A stretch of 62,053 nt of DNA, filler included, from Stramenopiles sp. TOSAG23-6 (taxonomy: Eukaryota), in NCBI GenBank assembly GCA_900128565.1. It is 23 parts of 23 records of this genome, joined end to end, with 100 filler letters (N's around TTAATTAATTAA, not from the genome) between each part and the next. Parts side by side here need not be neighbours in the genome. Positions count along the whole stretch, not along the records: positions 21,700 to 24,305 come from LT637920.1; positions 24,406 to 27,009 come from LT637921.1; positions 27,110 to 29,713 come from LT637922.1; positions 29,814 to 32,416 come from LT637923.1; positions 32,517 to 35,119 come from LT637924.1; positions 35,220 to 37,820 come from LT637925.1; 17 more parts are not named here. The stretch is one strand, 5' to 3'. Position 1 is the stretch's first letter. Each line of letters begins with the position of its first letter. Shown here one piece after another: positions 23,118 through 36,183 of the stretch. The position numbers and the translations under genes were made by a program. Under the pieces are notes generated by a model, which was given only the letters and a program-made list of their open reading frames with translations, was not told the origin of the DNA and made no database searches.

Positions 23118-23963
23118 ATGGTAGGATCAAATAAGATCGATTTTAGTGTCCTTGCTTCACCCACCTTGACCGATTATTCCGAGTGTAGATTAGTCAAGCA
23201 CAGTGACTTAAAAATGAAAACGGTACAACAGTCAACCCAAATTCTTCGCAGCTGTTTGAAGTCTTCATCGTATAAAGAACCAATAACGAGATATAAAACA
23301 CGTCGTCGTGTTGCTTTCAACCTTACAATGACAAAGAATATATTTTTTCTAAGCAAATCTGAGGCAGAATTTGCAAGAGAGGCTAGAATTGGATATTATA
23401 CAAAGCGTGTGAACTCAAAACCTCGTCGTAGCGTTAAAAACAGAAACAATAAACATCCTACTAGAAAGAAAGACGCTGTCCAGCAAAAACGACGAAAAAA
23501 ATACAAAAGGGCAAGAAAAGAAAATTATGAAAAAGTACAAAATAATACTCAAAATAATACTCAAAATAATACTCAAAATACTCAAAAATATACTCATATT
23601 GTGAATGCAAATAATACCAATAATAATACTAGTAGTAGTAGTAATAATAATTGTAAGGAGGAAAGGGACACTATCCAAATTCTAAATGCATTATACATGA
23701 ATATTGGCATGGATTCTATTTTGAATGTGCTGCGGAACACCAACTTAAATAATAGTAATACTCATGAAACTTTGCATTTGTTATCCATGTATGTTTCTTT
23801 TTTTCAATTTCAAATTTATTTATTTTTTCGTACGAAATTTTGTACCTAACAATGTTTTTTGTGATTTCGTATTTTTTCACAATACATGTTGACATTCTTT
23901 GTTGTCACTGGAATAATTGCATTAGCATTAGTCATTGTAAATTTTGATGAAGTCGGTGGTTAG
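23118..23963 (+). CDS. Hypothetical tail-anchored protein; family intron 23789-23887 (GT...AT)
   Basis: Splicing adds a C-terminal TM helix MLTFFVVTGIIALALVIV before the stop. An RRVAF (RVxF-like) motif is present. Confidence 0.65.
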
Positions 23964-24568
23964 CTTAGGGATCTAAGAGCAAAGTGTAATACAAAATGTA
24001 TCAGAAATCTTCCTCTACACTAACCCTAACCCTAATATTACTATTTTTTAATAATTTCGTATTTACCCCTAACCCCAATTTAAATTTTTGTCAAGATTTT
24101 TTTAGTACAATAAAAAAGAGTAGAATATTTATTTTGATTAAATATTTAGTACCATGCATGTGGCATGATTTCCTTTGACTTTTGTATTGAATATAAGGGA
24201 ACACCTTTATCATCACGGAGCATGTATTTTGGAAAAATATTTCAAAAAAAAATGTTAGGTACAAAATTTTTATAAAAAAAAAAATCATAGAAAAAAAAAA
24301 AAAAANNNNNNNNNNNNNNNNNNNNNNNNNNNNNNNNNNNNNNNNNNNNTTAATTAATTAANNNNNNNNNNNNNNNNNNNNNNNNNNNNNNNNNNNNNNN
24401 NNNNNTTTTATTTTTTTTTAAAATTTTAAATTGAATTTTTTTTTTTTATACGAAATTTTTTTCCTAAAAAATTTTTTTTTTTTTTTTTTTTCGTTTTTTT
24501 TTCGGTACAAAAAAAAAATTGTACCTAACGAAAATTAATTTTTTTTAAAATATTTTCCTACAATATAT

Positions 24569-25943
24569 TGAACCATTGTCTATCCTCTGGAAATCAAGAC
24601 TTACACATATACGGTATTGGTATTGGTGGACCTGTTGTTACATCAGGCGGGACTTCAAATGTTGTTTATGGCTTAACGACTCCTGAGGTCAAAGTAGGTG
24701 GTCAGGCTTGTACAAATGTAACTATACTTTCAGCGCATCATCTTCAATGCAAGACTCCTGCAATTTCACCAGCAAAAACAAACGACATTCAATCTGTTAT
24801 TGTAACTGTAGGGAAGTGGAATTATGACAATAGTCAAGTATTTTACAATGAAGCAAAACAAATCTTAGCTCCTGGTGGGTTAATATATACAAAAACAACA
24901 ATACCAACAGTTATCACTTTAAAAGGCTGTATGCCTGCTGACAGTGTGAAAACTGTAAATACTATAGATGTATGTAAGCCTAAGCCTACTATGAAAGTTG
25001 TTATCTAATTTGTTTTTGTAGGAATTTGTATATCTAACGATTTTTTTTCTGAAATTGATTTTTTACAACACATGTACACCATATGAAGAAATTATCTGAT
25101 ATAATTATTATGTCAAATGCAACTGGGAATCTTTCAGAAGAGCAACAATTGTATGTTTTTTTCAAGAATGTTTTTTTCAAGAATGTTTTTTTGAAGAATT
25201 TTTTTTTCAAGAATGTTTTTTTCAAGAATTTTTTTTTTCAAGAATTTTTTTTTTTCAAGAATTTTTTTTTTCAAGAATCTAACATTTTATTATTTTCTAA
25301 AATGTCCCAAACATTACATGGGAACATCATGCCCTGTGACAGGTTCTGATATAAATGTCTCTAGTACTAAACTAATCATCGGAGGTTTTAATTTTGGTAA
25401 GGCAAATACACACACTTTAAATGTAACTGTAGGCGGTGTTAATTGTTTACATCCATCCTATGAAATGGATGATTATATAATTTCATGTTATGCACCAGCG
25501 GGAATTGGCTCTACTAACGTTGTGCAAGTGACACGTGTCAAAAAAGCGGATAATACTTCAGTTTCATCTTCAAATACAGGAGCACCGTCTGTGCATTATT
25601 TACCCCCCGCAGTCTCTCGAGTTTTAATCGACTGTGAAGACTCTATGTATGTTTTATTTTTTTCAATTTCAAATTTATTTTTTTTTCGTACGAAATTTTG
25701 TACCTAACAAATTTTAAGTTTTTTTTTTAAATATTTTTCCAAAATACATAAATGCAACAAAATGTTCAGAAAAATTAACAGATTCTTTTTACAAAAATGC
25801 TCCAATGGCTAATGCATTTGGAGCTTCAAAGTTGACAATTATAGGTACTAATTTTGGTACACAAAATCCTGGATCAAAACTAAAAATAAAATTTCAAAGT
25901 CATTCTGGAGTTGTCAGCACATGCGCTGCTAAAGATACTAAAT
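24569..25943 (+). CDS. IPT/TIG-repeat surface protein, internal fragment; family introns 24970-25073, 25151-25319, 25647-25749
   Basis: L.I.G.NFG..V.VGG..C......I.C..P.G.G repeats typical of IPT/TIG domains. Confidence 0.75.
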
Positions 25944-26068
25944 GTATGTTTTATTTATTTTTTTTTCTTTACCAAAAAAAAAAAAAAATCGAATTTTTTT
26001 TTTCGTACGAAATTTTTTACCTAACAATTTTTTTAGATTTTTTTTTGAAATATTTTTCCAAAATCAAT

Positions 26069-27009
26069 GCTGTCGGCATCACAAGAAAAGAATGGCGTTT
26101 TCTTACCAAAAGATGTATATGAAAAAATGTCTCAACAATGTGAAAATGGTGGAGCTCAAATGAGAGAATTACAAACTGCATTAGCAAAACGTGAAGAACA
26201 ACGAAAAAATTTAGAGACTCTTTTAGGATGTACTCAAGAAGAATTAGATAAATTAAATTGCGAAATTCAAAAAGAAAGAAGTGAAAAAAAAGATGCGGTG
26301 TCTGTCTTGGAAGAGTATGTAAATACAAACGAAACACTTCTTGAACAAGCGAATGGTACTGCATCTATATTGAAACAAAGTGTCTCTGATGTTGATGGTT
26401 TATGGGCAAAAGTTGGTCGGAAAACAAAAGTTGCTCATTCGAATGATTCTGCTGTACTTCAAATGGCATCGACAATGGCACAAGATGTAGCTGCATTAAG
26501 TGTAGATATTGCATCATTCAATACATTACAAAATGAAGCATCTCAAATTCTTCGGACACAAATCAAGACACATCATGAAAATTCTCGTTTGATGCATATC
26601 TCTTTACAAAAAAGAATGAATGATATAATGAATATAGTACATACACAAAATATTCAAATGAAAAAAACAGAAGAAGAAAATGTTAAAAAAATGAATAATT
26701 ATTTACAAAATGTACAAAATCATATCACACGAAATATTGGTGGACATTCTGAAAGTAATTTAAATATTGAAAATTCAAAAAAAATGAATCATGATTTTCG
26801 ATTATCCATTGGAAAAATTAATACTTTAAAAGTAGCAGAACTCAAAATTGAATTAACAAAAAGAGATTGTATGTTTTCATCATGAAATTTTAATTTTAAT
26901 AATTTTTTTTTTTTTGAAAATTTTGTACCTAACGATTTGTTTTATTATCCAAAAAAAAAAGATATTTTTTCACAGTATTGTATGTACCTCTGGATTAAAA
27001 GCTGTTTTA
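26069..27009 (+). CDS. Kinesin-5 (BimC)-like stalk followed by a SAP domain, fragment; family intron 26869-26980 (GT...TG)
   Basis: LSASQEKNGVFLP resembles the kinesin-5 neck (REKNGVYL), followed by coiled coil. LKVAELKIELTKRD-L-CTSGLKAVL is a SAP motif. Confidence 0.75.
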
Positions 27010-27771
27010 NNNNNNNNNNNNNNNNNNNNNNNNNNNNNNNNNNNNNNNNNNNNTTAATTAATTAANNNNNNNNNNNNNNNNNNNNNNNNNNNNNNNNNNN
27101 NNNNNNNNNAAGTTTCAGAGCGATTCATGGACAAATGAAAAAGTTGGAGTGATATGGTTACAGTGACATGCGGTGTTTCATTCCTCCAGTCTAAAAGTGA
27201 TAGACAATCACGGTAAAAATATACTTTAAACACATAAAATAATACAGAAAACAAGTAAATCCATTACAAGAAACTATTACTTGGCACGTAGTAATCATAG
27301 AAGGACAAGAATATCAACAATTGTCTACAATTTTCCATACAGTAGGAAGCAGTATCACTATAATCTGCTGGGTTTATAGTACACACATTTGAAAATGCCA
27401 ACAAACATATTGAATTATATCATAAATGGCTCCAAAAGTTATTCATTGTTTTTCCATAATATCAAAGTGGATACTAAACTATCATTGTGTTTTATTATCT
27501 GTATTAAGTGACATTGCTGGTGAAAAATAGCAACAGCAATATATTGAGAAAGTATTTCTAATTTTGTATGCGTTTAGACAGCAAACTTGAAAAACGGTTA
27601 CGCGAAAACACAAAACACGAAAAACATCGATTTGTCTTTACTTACCTCTTAACTGCTATAAGCTAGTAGTAGCACTCTACTAATATCTTTGAGAAAAAGA
27701 ATCGAAGGAAAATAAATTAGAGCCATCATTACACTGTTTTTAGTGTATGATTATTTAGTAGTGACAAATAA

Positions 27772-29291
27772 ATGGAAAGTAACGCGTTGTACCAGGAAAG
27801 ACTTTCGTCTTACCAACGAAAATTATTGAGACGCCGCGTTTTCAATAACACTTTGCAGAAAAGAGTAGGTTTGACAAATAGTGATATCGAAAAATATGAG
27901 AAAAATCGGGCTACCAAAAACAACAAATACCTTGGCAATGGAAAATTAGGTTTTATGTATACTCTTCGAGAAGACCTTTATGCAGAAGATACTAGAGTCA
28001 CTGATACGAAGAATAGATGGTACGGAAATTCTATGCCATTGAGTAGTCATAAGAAAAAGACAGATGTGGAAAGGTTGGTGCATGCCTTAGAAAAGACTCC
28101 TCAATGTCTATCTTTATCGCGAGAAATTCAAATTCAATCAATGTTGCGATCTCTGACTTATGCTGGAATATCGGGGAAAAACTACGAATTGGCGTTTAAA
28201 AGATTTGACCGAGATGGCGATAGCTTAATAGGATTTGACGATTTTGTTGTGACTTTTCGTAAATTTATTCGGAAAAAAGTAAGTGAAGAAGAATTAGCAT
28301 CATATTTCTGTATTATGGATGACACTGAAGATGGATATATAGATTTAAATGAATTTACAAAAGCTTTGGAGGAAGATTTAGTTGTAAATGGGTTTGTACG
28401 TTTTTTTTTTCTCAATTTCAATTGCTTCTTTTTCATAGAAAATTCCGTACTTATACATTTTTTTTCTAAAAATATTTTTTCCCACTACATTCAGACCGCA
28501 GACGAGCAACTCCATGTACGCTTCAAAATTATTTAGACGTGATGAGCCTCATCCATCAAAAAGAAATCGAAAATAAACGGTATGAAGAGGCATCCACTCG
28601 AAGTGAAGAAGGAAATCCAGCGAGTGAGATTTTGAATAATCCATCGACAGATTCAATCGGAAACAAAACTAAAAATTCAAAACGTGATTTTCGCAATTTC
28701 AATATTATGCAACTTATAGCCTTTTATACAGCCTGTGAGAGGAAATACGCAAATGCAGAATTCACTTCAGATTTACTCAATCGTTGGAAGTTTCGCGAGC
28801 AAGATCTATGTAACAAACTATGTGAGAAATACAACAGAAAAATTCATCTATTGACAACAACTGATGAGGAGAGTGCAAACATTAATTTGAAAACAGGAGG
28901 TAGCACAGTACAAGAAACATCATATAAAAAAGACGAATTACAAAAAAGAATGAAACAGAAATCGATTGCATTTCAAAAAAGTACACACAACTTTCTAAAA
29001 AAGAAAAATATACCCACAATAATAGATCGTGCTCGATCAAGATTAAGAGGATTAACGTATGTCGATACTTCTGGACAAAATTATGCACTAGCATTCAGAC
29101 GTTTAGATAAGGATAAAGATGGCAATATTAGCTTTCAAGATTTTGAGTCGTCAGCAAAACGAACTTTAGGAATGAAAATATCCGTGGAAGAAATGCAGCG
29201 ATTATTCAAGGCAATTGATGCTGATAACAATGGGGTCATTGCCTTTGACGAATTTGTAGAGTTCATTCAAAATGAAGTTCGAATAACTTAG
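27772..29291 (+). CDS. EF-hand protein with duplicated EF-hand pair; family intron 28396-28490 (GT...AT)
   Basis: LR.LTY...SG.NY.LAF.R.D.D.DG repeated twice. The two ORFs join in phase 0. Confidence 0.85.
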
Positions 29292-29510
29292 AACAATGAG
29301 ACATTGACATCATATATTTCATTGGTAAAAATAATAAAGTGAATACAATTTTGTTCTTCATTATTTGTTATATTTTAGTATTTTATTAAAACCAGAAAAT
29401 CACTAACTGTTACATGCTACACACAATACGTCTGTAGATACACCTCTCAAAAAAGAAACTTCCCAGAAGAAAACGCAACTTCTTCCAAACATACAAAAAA
29501 GTTTTTACAA

Positions 29511-29657
29511 TTAGAATGATCCAGGCATACGGCGCCTTTTACGCTCACCAAAAAACAATCCAATAGAATGTATCCCACTGTCCATCAATGTTACTATAGT
29601 AAACATACCACCAACAATGGCTAAAATGGAAGTCAGTAAATTATACAAAGGTTTTAC
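29511..29657 (-). CDS. ERGIC (Erv41/Erv46-family) protein, last exon
   Basis: Manual translation KPLYNLLTSILAIVGGMFTIVTLMDSGI. Preceded by the 3' end of a family intron. Confidence 0.75.
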   Translation of the reverse strand, partial: VKPLYNLLTSILAIVGGMFTIVTLMDSGIHSIGLFFGERKRRRMPGSF

Positions 29658-29813
29658 ACGTATTGTGAAAAAATATTTCAAAAAAAAAATCGTTAGGTAC
29701 GAAATTTCGTATGNNNNNNNNNNNNNNNNNNNNNNNNNNNNNNNNNNNNNNNNNNNNTTAATTAATTAANNNNNNNNNNNNNNNNNNNNNNNNNNNNNNN
29801 NNNNNNNNNNNNN

Positions 29814-30486
29814 AAAAAATCTAAAAAAATTTGTTAGGTACAAAATTTCGTACGAAAAAAAAATTNANTTCNAANTNAAAAAAAAAAAATAAAACATACA
29901 TTTGATAATTTCATTACAATGTGTTCCTTTCCAATGTGGAGAACAATTACATTTACAACTTTTATTGCCATTTGCATCTGTCGTTTCTTCAATCCATCCA
30001 TTATTACATTTAAATGTATCAGTTACACATAATGAAGTTTGTTCAGTGCAATGACGTCCATATATTGTGAAAAATATTTTTTTTTTGTTATATTTTTTGT
30101 TAGGTACAAAATTTCGTACGAAAAAAAAAACACAAATTAGAAATTGAAAAAAAAAAAACGTCCACTCCAACCATTTGTACATTTACACCAACAAGAGCCA
30201 AATAATCCATGAACAATTCCATTTTTACAATAAAATCCTCCATTTTCTTGTCCATTGGCATTTTTTTGTTCTTTTACAGAATTGACTGCATAACACATTT
30301 TTGGCTGACACTTTCCAAAATAATTCATTTCATAATTTAAATCACAATTACAATAATATTTTGATGATGTAGTTGATATACTTGTACAAGTACCACCAGA
30401 ACCACAAGTATTTGCTTTACATATTGAATGACATTGTTTTAATTTCCATTTACCTATTTTTGTAACTTGGTCATACACACACTTCA
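29814..30486 (-). repeat. Inverted duplicate of 31744-32416 (fold-back, likely an amplification or assembly chimera)
   Basis: Reverse-complement identity, including the N positions. Confidence 0.9.
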
Positions 30487-32330
30487 ATAATAATGGTCAA
30501 AACAAGAATAATCAAAAATATCAAATTGATTATAGTTATGGTGTTCTACAAGTGATATCACCTTGTCAACCCTCTTTTAAATGTATTTCAGTGAATCATA
30601 TGGAAATTGGTACTACAATACAAATTCAAAATGGTGTGTGTTACCCGGGACCATGTAAATATGTTTGTCGTAATGGGTATACACCACAGAGTGGTCGTGT
30701 TGATTGTGTGCATAATCCAAATAGCGATTATGGAAAATTTATTCTAAAAGATGAATGTAAACCAAAATATAAATGCGAATTTGATAATAATTTGTATGAA
30801 AAGGAGTTAAAATCGCAATTACAAAACAAATATTTGGACTTTTCTGAAAAAATTAAAAAAGATCACTTCTGTTACCCGGGTATCTGCTCTCATGTTTGTT
30901 CCTCTGGGTATACGGGTGGTAGTATTCGTTGTACACACAACGAACAACAGGATAAACCGATTTGGGAATTTGAACCTTGTTATTCAATAGATAAGCAATG
31001 TGATACAAACAACAAAACAAAAGTGATAAACGAATTTCAAATATCTGAAATTTCAACACCTTGTAAAGTTGGACGAACCTGTAAACATAAATGTATTGAT
31101 GGTTACATCAATGGGTCTGTATTCTGTGATAAAAATGCTCATTTAAGTTACAAACCATGTATCAAAGATCATGTACAATGTCTTGTTAATAACATTAAGG
31201 ATTTTAAAACATCCAATATGATGTTTATTCAACAAAAATGTGTTCAAGGTGTCTGTGATCATTTTTGTCTCAATGGATATGAAAAAGGTGAAGTTATATG
31301 TAGTTCTAATGGTACTTTTTCAATAACGCCATGTAAAAAAATCATAAAGAATGGAAATGGAAATGTTTGTTGTAAAGCACTTACGTTAAGCTGTCTTTCA
31401 TGTGGGTTAAATCTGACCGAGGCAGAATATTGTACAATGTGTAAAAATCAGCATGATAAACACACGTGTCATTCCGTATGTACTCAAAATAAGATTTCCT
31501 CATGTGGTCTCGGCTATACTCGAAATTCAAATACACAAAAATGTATACCTCATTTTTATTGTACCGAAAAAACGTATTTACCTAAATATACTACAAATAA
31601 TCAATTATATAATATTGTCCTTGACGAAAATTCTAGACAAAAATGTACTTCAAATATTTCTGCATATCAAGTCAATACTAATGATAATTCATCGATTAGT
31701 GCCTGCCAATTTAACTGCCTTCCAGGGTTTGTTGGTGGTGATATGAAGTGTGTGTATGACCAAGTTACAAAAATAGGTAAATGGAAATTAAAACAATGTC
31801 ATTCAATATGTAAAGCAAATACTTGTGGTTCTGGTGGTACTTGTACAAGTATATCAACTACATCATCAAAATATTATTGTAATTGTGATTTAAATTATGA
31901 AATGAATTATTTTGGAAAGTGTCAGCCAAAAATGTGTTATGCAGTCAATTCTGTAAAAGAACAAAAAAATGCCAATGGACAAGAAAATGGAGGATTTTAT
32001 TGTAAAAATGGAATTGTTCATGGATTATTTGGCTCTTGTTGGTGTAAATGTACAAATGGTTGGAGTGGACGTTTTTTTTTTTTCAATTTCTAATTTGTGT
32101 TTTTTTTTTCGTACGAAATTTTGTACCTAACAAAAAATATAACAAAAAAAAAATATTTTTCACAATATATGGACGTCATTGCACTGAACAAACTTCATTA
32201 TGTGTAACTGATACATTTAAATGTAATAATGGATGGATTGAAGAAACGACAGATGCAAATGGCAATAAAAGTTGTAAATGTAATTGTTCTCCACATTGGA
32301 AAGGAACACATTGTAATGAAATTATCAAAT
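30487..32330 (+). CDS. Cys-rich extracellular protein with EGF-like and sushi-like modules, fragment; family intron ~32067-32170
   Basis: C..GY.GG...C repeats and EGF motifs C.C.NGWSGRHC and C.CSPHWKGTHC. Confidence 0.8.
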
Positions 32331-32605
32331 GTATGTTTTATTTTTTTTTTTTNANTTNGAANTNAATTTTTTTTTCGTACGAAATTTTGTACCTAACAAA
32401 TTTTTTTAGATTTTTTNNNNNNNNNNNNNNNNNNNNNNNNNNNNNNNNNNNNNNNNNNNNTTAATTAATTAANNNNNNNNNNNNNNNNNNNNNNNNNNNN
32501 NNNNNNNNNNNNNNNNTATTTTGGAAAAATATTTCAAAAAAAATTCGTTAGGTACAAAATTTCGTACGAAACAAAATTCGAATTTGAAAAAAAAATAAAT
32601 CATAC

Positions 32606-33854
32606 ATAATACACGACTCTCTGATGGAATGCCTCGACTTCTTTTGTCATGTAGTGAAAATCTTTTATCAACACACCAGCCTTTATACTTTTTTAAACGT
32701 TTCGCTAAATTGTAATAATATTCTTTACTTACACCTGGTGTAAATTTCCCATCATTCATTTTCCCTAATCGTGCTTCCATCTCAACAACACTCTGCCCAC
32801 CTGTAAGGAGTATATTGTCCCAACTATTACGAAGCATTGTACGAATTTTATCAGGCATACACGATTCCCACACTTCTTGAACCCGAAAGGATTCATCAAT
32901 GTCAGATGTAGTCTCTTGTTGTAGACTACTACTACTGTTGTTGTTGTTGTTAGTATTGTTGTTAGTATTGTTGTTAGTATTGTTGTTAGTATTGTTGTTG
33001 ATGTTGTTGTTAGTATTGTTGTTATTAGTAGTATTGTTGTTGTTATTAGTAGTAGTGTTGTTGATGTTGCTATTCTGTAAATGTTGTTGATTGGGAACTG
33101 GTTCCTTAGATCTTTGTTGTAGTTTTTGCATCAGTTCACGTTGCTGTTGTTGATGCAATTCTTCCTGATACTTCCTCTGTGTCGCATAAAACACTTTACG
33201 ACAATCCACTATTAGCATTAACCACTTTTTATACTTTATTGTATCTACTTTGAGCTCTAATGGCGGTTCGCCCAATTGTTTCTGGAAATCTAATATAGCA
33301 AAATTCAACGGCACCTTTAAAGCTATATATTTGCAATAACGAGATGAACTCTCACAAATGTCAGCAATGTCAACGTCAGATAAAAATAAATGCACTTGAG
33401 GATTCTTCATATAATCAACACCACCCCATGGTGGATCAAAAAAAACTACATCCTGCTTCAAGCCTTGGCCAGGTTTCTGGCGTGCAAGCATCATCATAAA
33501 ATCCTTGTTGAAAAACTTGATATTTTTCAATTGTAGCACTTGACAGTTGTTTTGAAGCATATCGAAACGTCCCTTATCAAATTCAACAGAATTGACCTCT
33601 GTAAAAAACTTTGCAAAAGACATCGTATTTCCACCAACACACGCACATGCGTCCGTAATGATAGAATCGTCATCAATCCCTTGTAATTCCATGATTTTTC
33701 TCGACATGTCATCCGCTTGCCTCATTTCAGTCACACTAAAATTTGCGACCTCATCTAACTGCATCTTGCCTCTAACCTCGGGTGACAAATCCTGAAAGAA
33801 ATAATTACGCTTGTCATATGGCTTTCTCTTACTACTTGCATGATTCTTGGACAT
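32606..33854 (-). CDS. RNA cap guanine-N2 methyltransferase (Tgs1-like) joined by an Asn/Gln linker to a putative CYTH/TTM RNA triphosphatase (3' truncated)
   Basis: FSVT, ITDACACVGGNT.SFA, DVVFFDPPWGGVDY and LKVPLNF match Tgs. EMEARLG..F.PGVS matches the TTM motif A region. Confidence 0.8.
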
Positions 33855-34187
33855 TGTGGTAACTTACAATCCAACAATGCCAAAAAATATTGAAAAGTAG
33901 TGCTCGTATCAATTGTACAGGTTAATAACTTAATATATATTATGTGACGTCCATCCATGGCCGGCACGGCGACGACTTGAGTTGAGTCACTTGACATTGA
34001 CATGGTAAGTTTTTGTCACGAAAACTTGTAAATTTTTGGCCAAAAAATCGATAAAATATAGCAGTCAAAACGATCTTGTTGATGTCGATGTTGACATCAT
34101 CTCATGTTCATCATAAAATTTTCATGAGGCAATTCATGTAAAAAATAGTAATACAGACATCTTCTCAAATTCAGAATAAATAAACAA

Positions 34188-35054
34188 ATGGATTACTTTC
34201 AAGTTATACCAATTTCAAATCAGCAAATAAGCAATGGTGTGATGTTTCCTTTGGCTCTGGCTCCTCTTCCTGGTTCAGATAAATCTTTTGACTCACTTGT
34301 GAAAGCTATCAAAAAGCACCGTAAGCACATCTTGACCACTACGTTTCAGCACGGTGCTCTCCTACTTCGAGGGTGGACAAATGATTCTCCTGAGGGTTTT
34401 GCCGATGTTAGTGAAGCGCTTAATTTAGAAAAGTATCCGTATGTCGGTGGAGCTGCACCTCGCACGAATGTAGTTCGAGACGTCGTTTTTACCACGAATG
34501 AATCACCACCTGAAAAGCCAATACCCTTCCATCATGAAATTTCCCAAGTACCAAACCCACCTTCATACATTATGTTTTATTGTAACGTTGAACCAAATCA
34601 GGGAGGTCATACTCCTATTATTCAATCAGCTGAAGTTTGCGATTATTTGTTTCGAAAGTACCCTGAGTTTGCAAAAGAGCTAGAAAGCAAAGGTGTAAAA
34701 TATATTAGGGTTATGCCAAAAGAGACAGATAATGATTCTCCAATCGGACGCTCGTGGAAAGAAACATTTCAATGTGAAACTAAGGTTGATGCAGAAAGAG
34801 CAATGTCTAAAATTGGAAGCACATGGGAATGGTTATCTAATGGTGATGTTCGTGTTACATCTGCTGTAGTACCAGCATTGTACGTTGTCCACTTTTACTT
34901 TTGTTTTTTTTTTTCATACGAAATTTTGTACCTAACTGTAAAACCTAAAAAATCAAATTTTTGAAATATTTTCCTAAAATACTTACGTATAGATAAACGA
35001 AGTGGTCGTAAAATGTTTTTTAACTCAGTTGTTGCAGCATACACTGGATGGATT
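34188..35054 (+). CDS. TauD/clavaminate synthase-like Fe(II)/2OG dioxygenase; family intron 34880-34984 (GT...TT)
   Basis: HGALLLRG, YVGGAAPR, VFTTNESPP..IPFHHE, GG.TP and GRSWK.TF motifs. Splicing restores VPA-L-RIDKRSGRKMFFNS. Confidence 0.9.
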
Positions 35055-35608
35055 GTACGTTTTATTTTTTTTTTTTTTACAAAAAAATCGAATTTTTTTT
35101 TTTATAAAAATTTTGTACCNNNNNNNNNNNNNNNNNNNNNNNNNNNNNNNNNNNNNNNNNNNNTTAATTAATTAANNNNNNNNNNNNNNNNNNNNNNNNN
35201 NNNNNNNNNNNNNNNNNNNCGTCATCGTCGTCACTTGAATCACTTGGACTATTGAAACTTCGGATCTTCTTTGCGCCGGTGCCAGATATAGAAATATCAG
35301 AGTCAGAGTCAGATAAATCCATAATAGTCAAACGAATGATAAATTATGATGTTCTACTTTGATACAATGTCATTCTCTCTCTAAAGGTCAATTCAATTCT
35401 TTCTTTTTCTCTTTTTTTTCTCTTTTTTGTTTTTGCGTTTTTGACTGATTAGAAAATATTGAACAAACCTGCTTATCCGTTGGAGATTTTTTTTCAAAAT
35501 TTTTCGCAGTAAAAATTGGAAAATAATCTTGGTATTAAGTAGTAGTACAGTGTACCGTAGTAGTTCCTTTCATTTTTTGTTTCCTTTTTCAACAAATTGA
35601 ATAAAATT

Positions 35609-36088
35609 ATGACAAGGTCGTCATCATTGGTAATATGTTTTTTGTATTTATATTTCAGTGCCACAGAATCTAGAATGTTTAGAATTGAAAAACAAGCAAC
35701 TGAAAATGGATCTATGAGTTATCTCAGTATGCTGAAGTCGGAATCATTACACCTTCTGGCAGAAAAACAAATTGAAATGTTGAAGGATGAAATCAGTATG
35801 CCAGAATATGGAGATGGGATTGATAAAGATGATGTAAAAGCGATGACTAATGCAATTGCGTTATTTTGGACCATGGTTCGGGATGGTAGTGAAAATATGC
35901 AAAACAATAGTATTCAAAATCCTATTGGAGAACTCGTAGATCCATCTTCAGCAAAGTTTGCCATTTCGTTAATAAATAAATTTAAACTGTTGCAAGAGGA
36001 TTTACACTTGCACCAACATCGACTTGATATAGCCCCACTTTATGCAGAGACACAGAATATGGTTCGTATGTTACAGGGATTACTGTAG
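35609..36088 (+). CDS. Secreted hypothetical protein
   Basis: Signal-peptide-like N-terminus on an intact ORF. Confidence 0.55.
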   Translation: MTRSSSLVICFLYLYFSATESRMFRIEKQATENGSMSYLSMLKSESLHLLAEKQIEMLKDEISMPEYGDGIDKDDVKAMTNAIALFWTMVRDGSENMQNNSIQNPIGELVDPSSAKFAISLINKFKLLQEDLHLHQHRLDIAPLYAETQNMVRMLQGLL

Positions 36089-36183
36089 AAACTGAAATGA
36101 AACTTTAGTGTATAATAAAATAAAATAAGTGACTTTACTTTTTATATTTTGTTCCAAAAAAATTAATGATGACAAGCGTAAAT

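Noticed and set aside
25944-26068. IPT/TIG protein fused to a kinesin-5 stalk
   Set aside because: Exon phases are incompatible (1 vs 2) and the join falls inside the repetitive intron; most likely a chimeric assembly.
27110-27540. Possible decayed minus-strand coding sequence
   Set aside because: Only short frames with no motif I could identify.
29814-32416. Large terminal inverted repeat suggesting a transposon or linear element
   Set aside because: The repeat is part of the gene itself and has identical N positions, which is typical of a fold-back amplification or assembly chimera.
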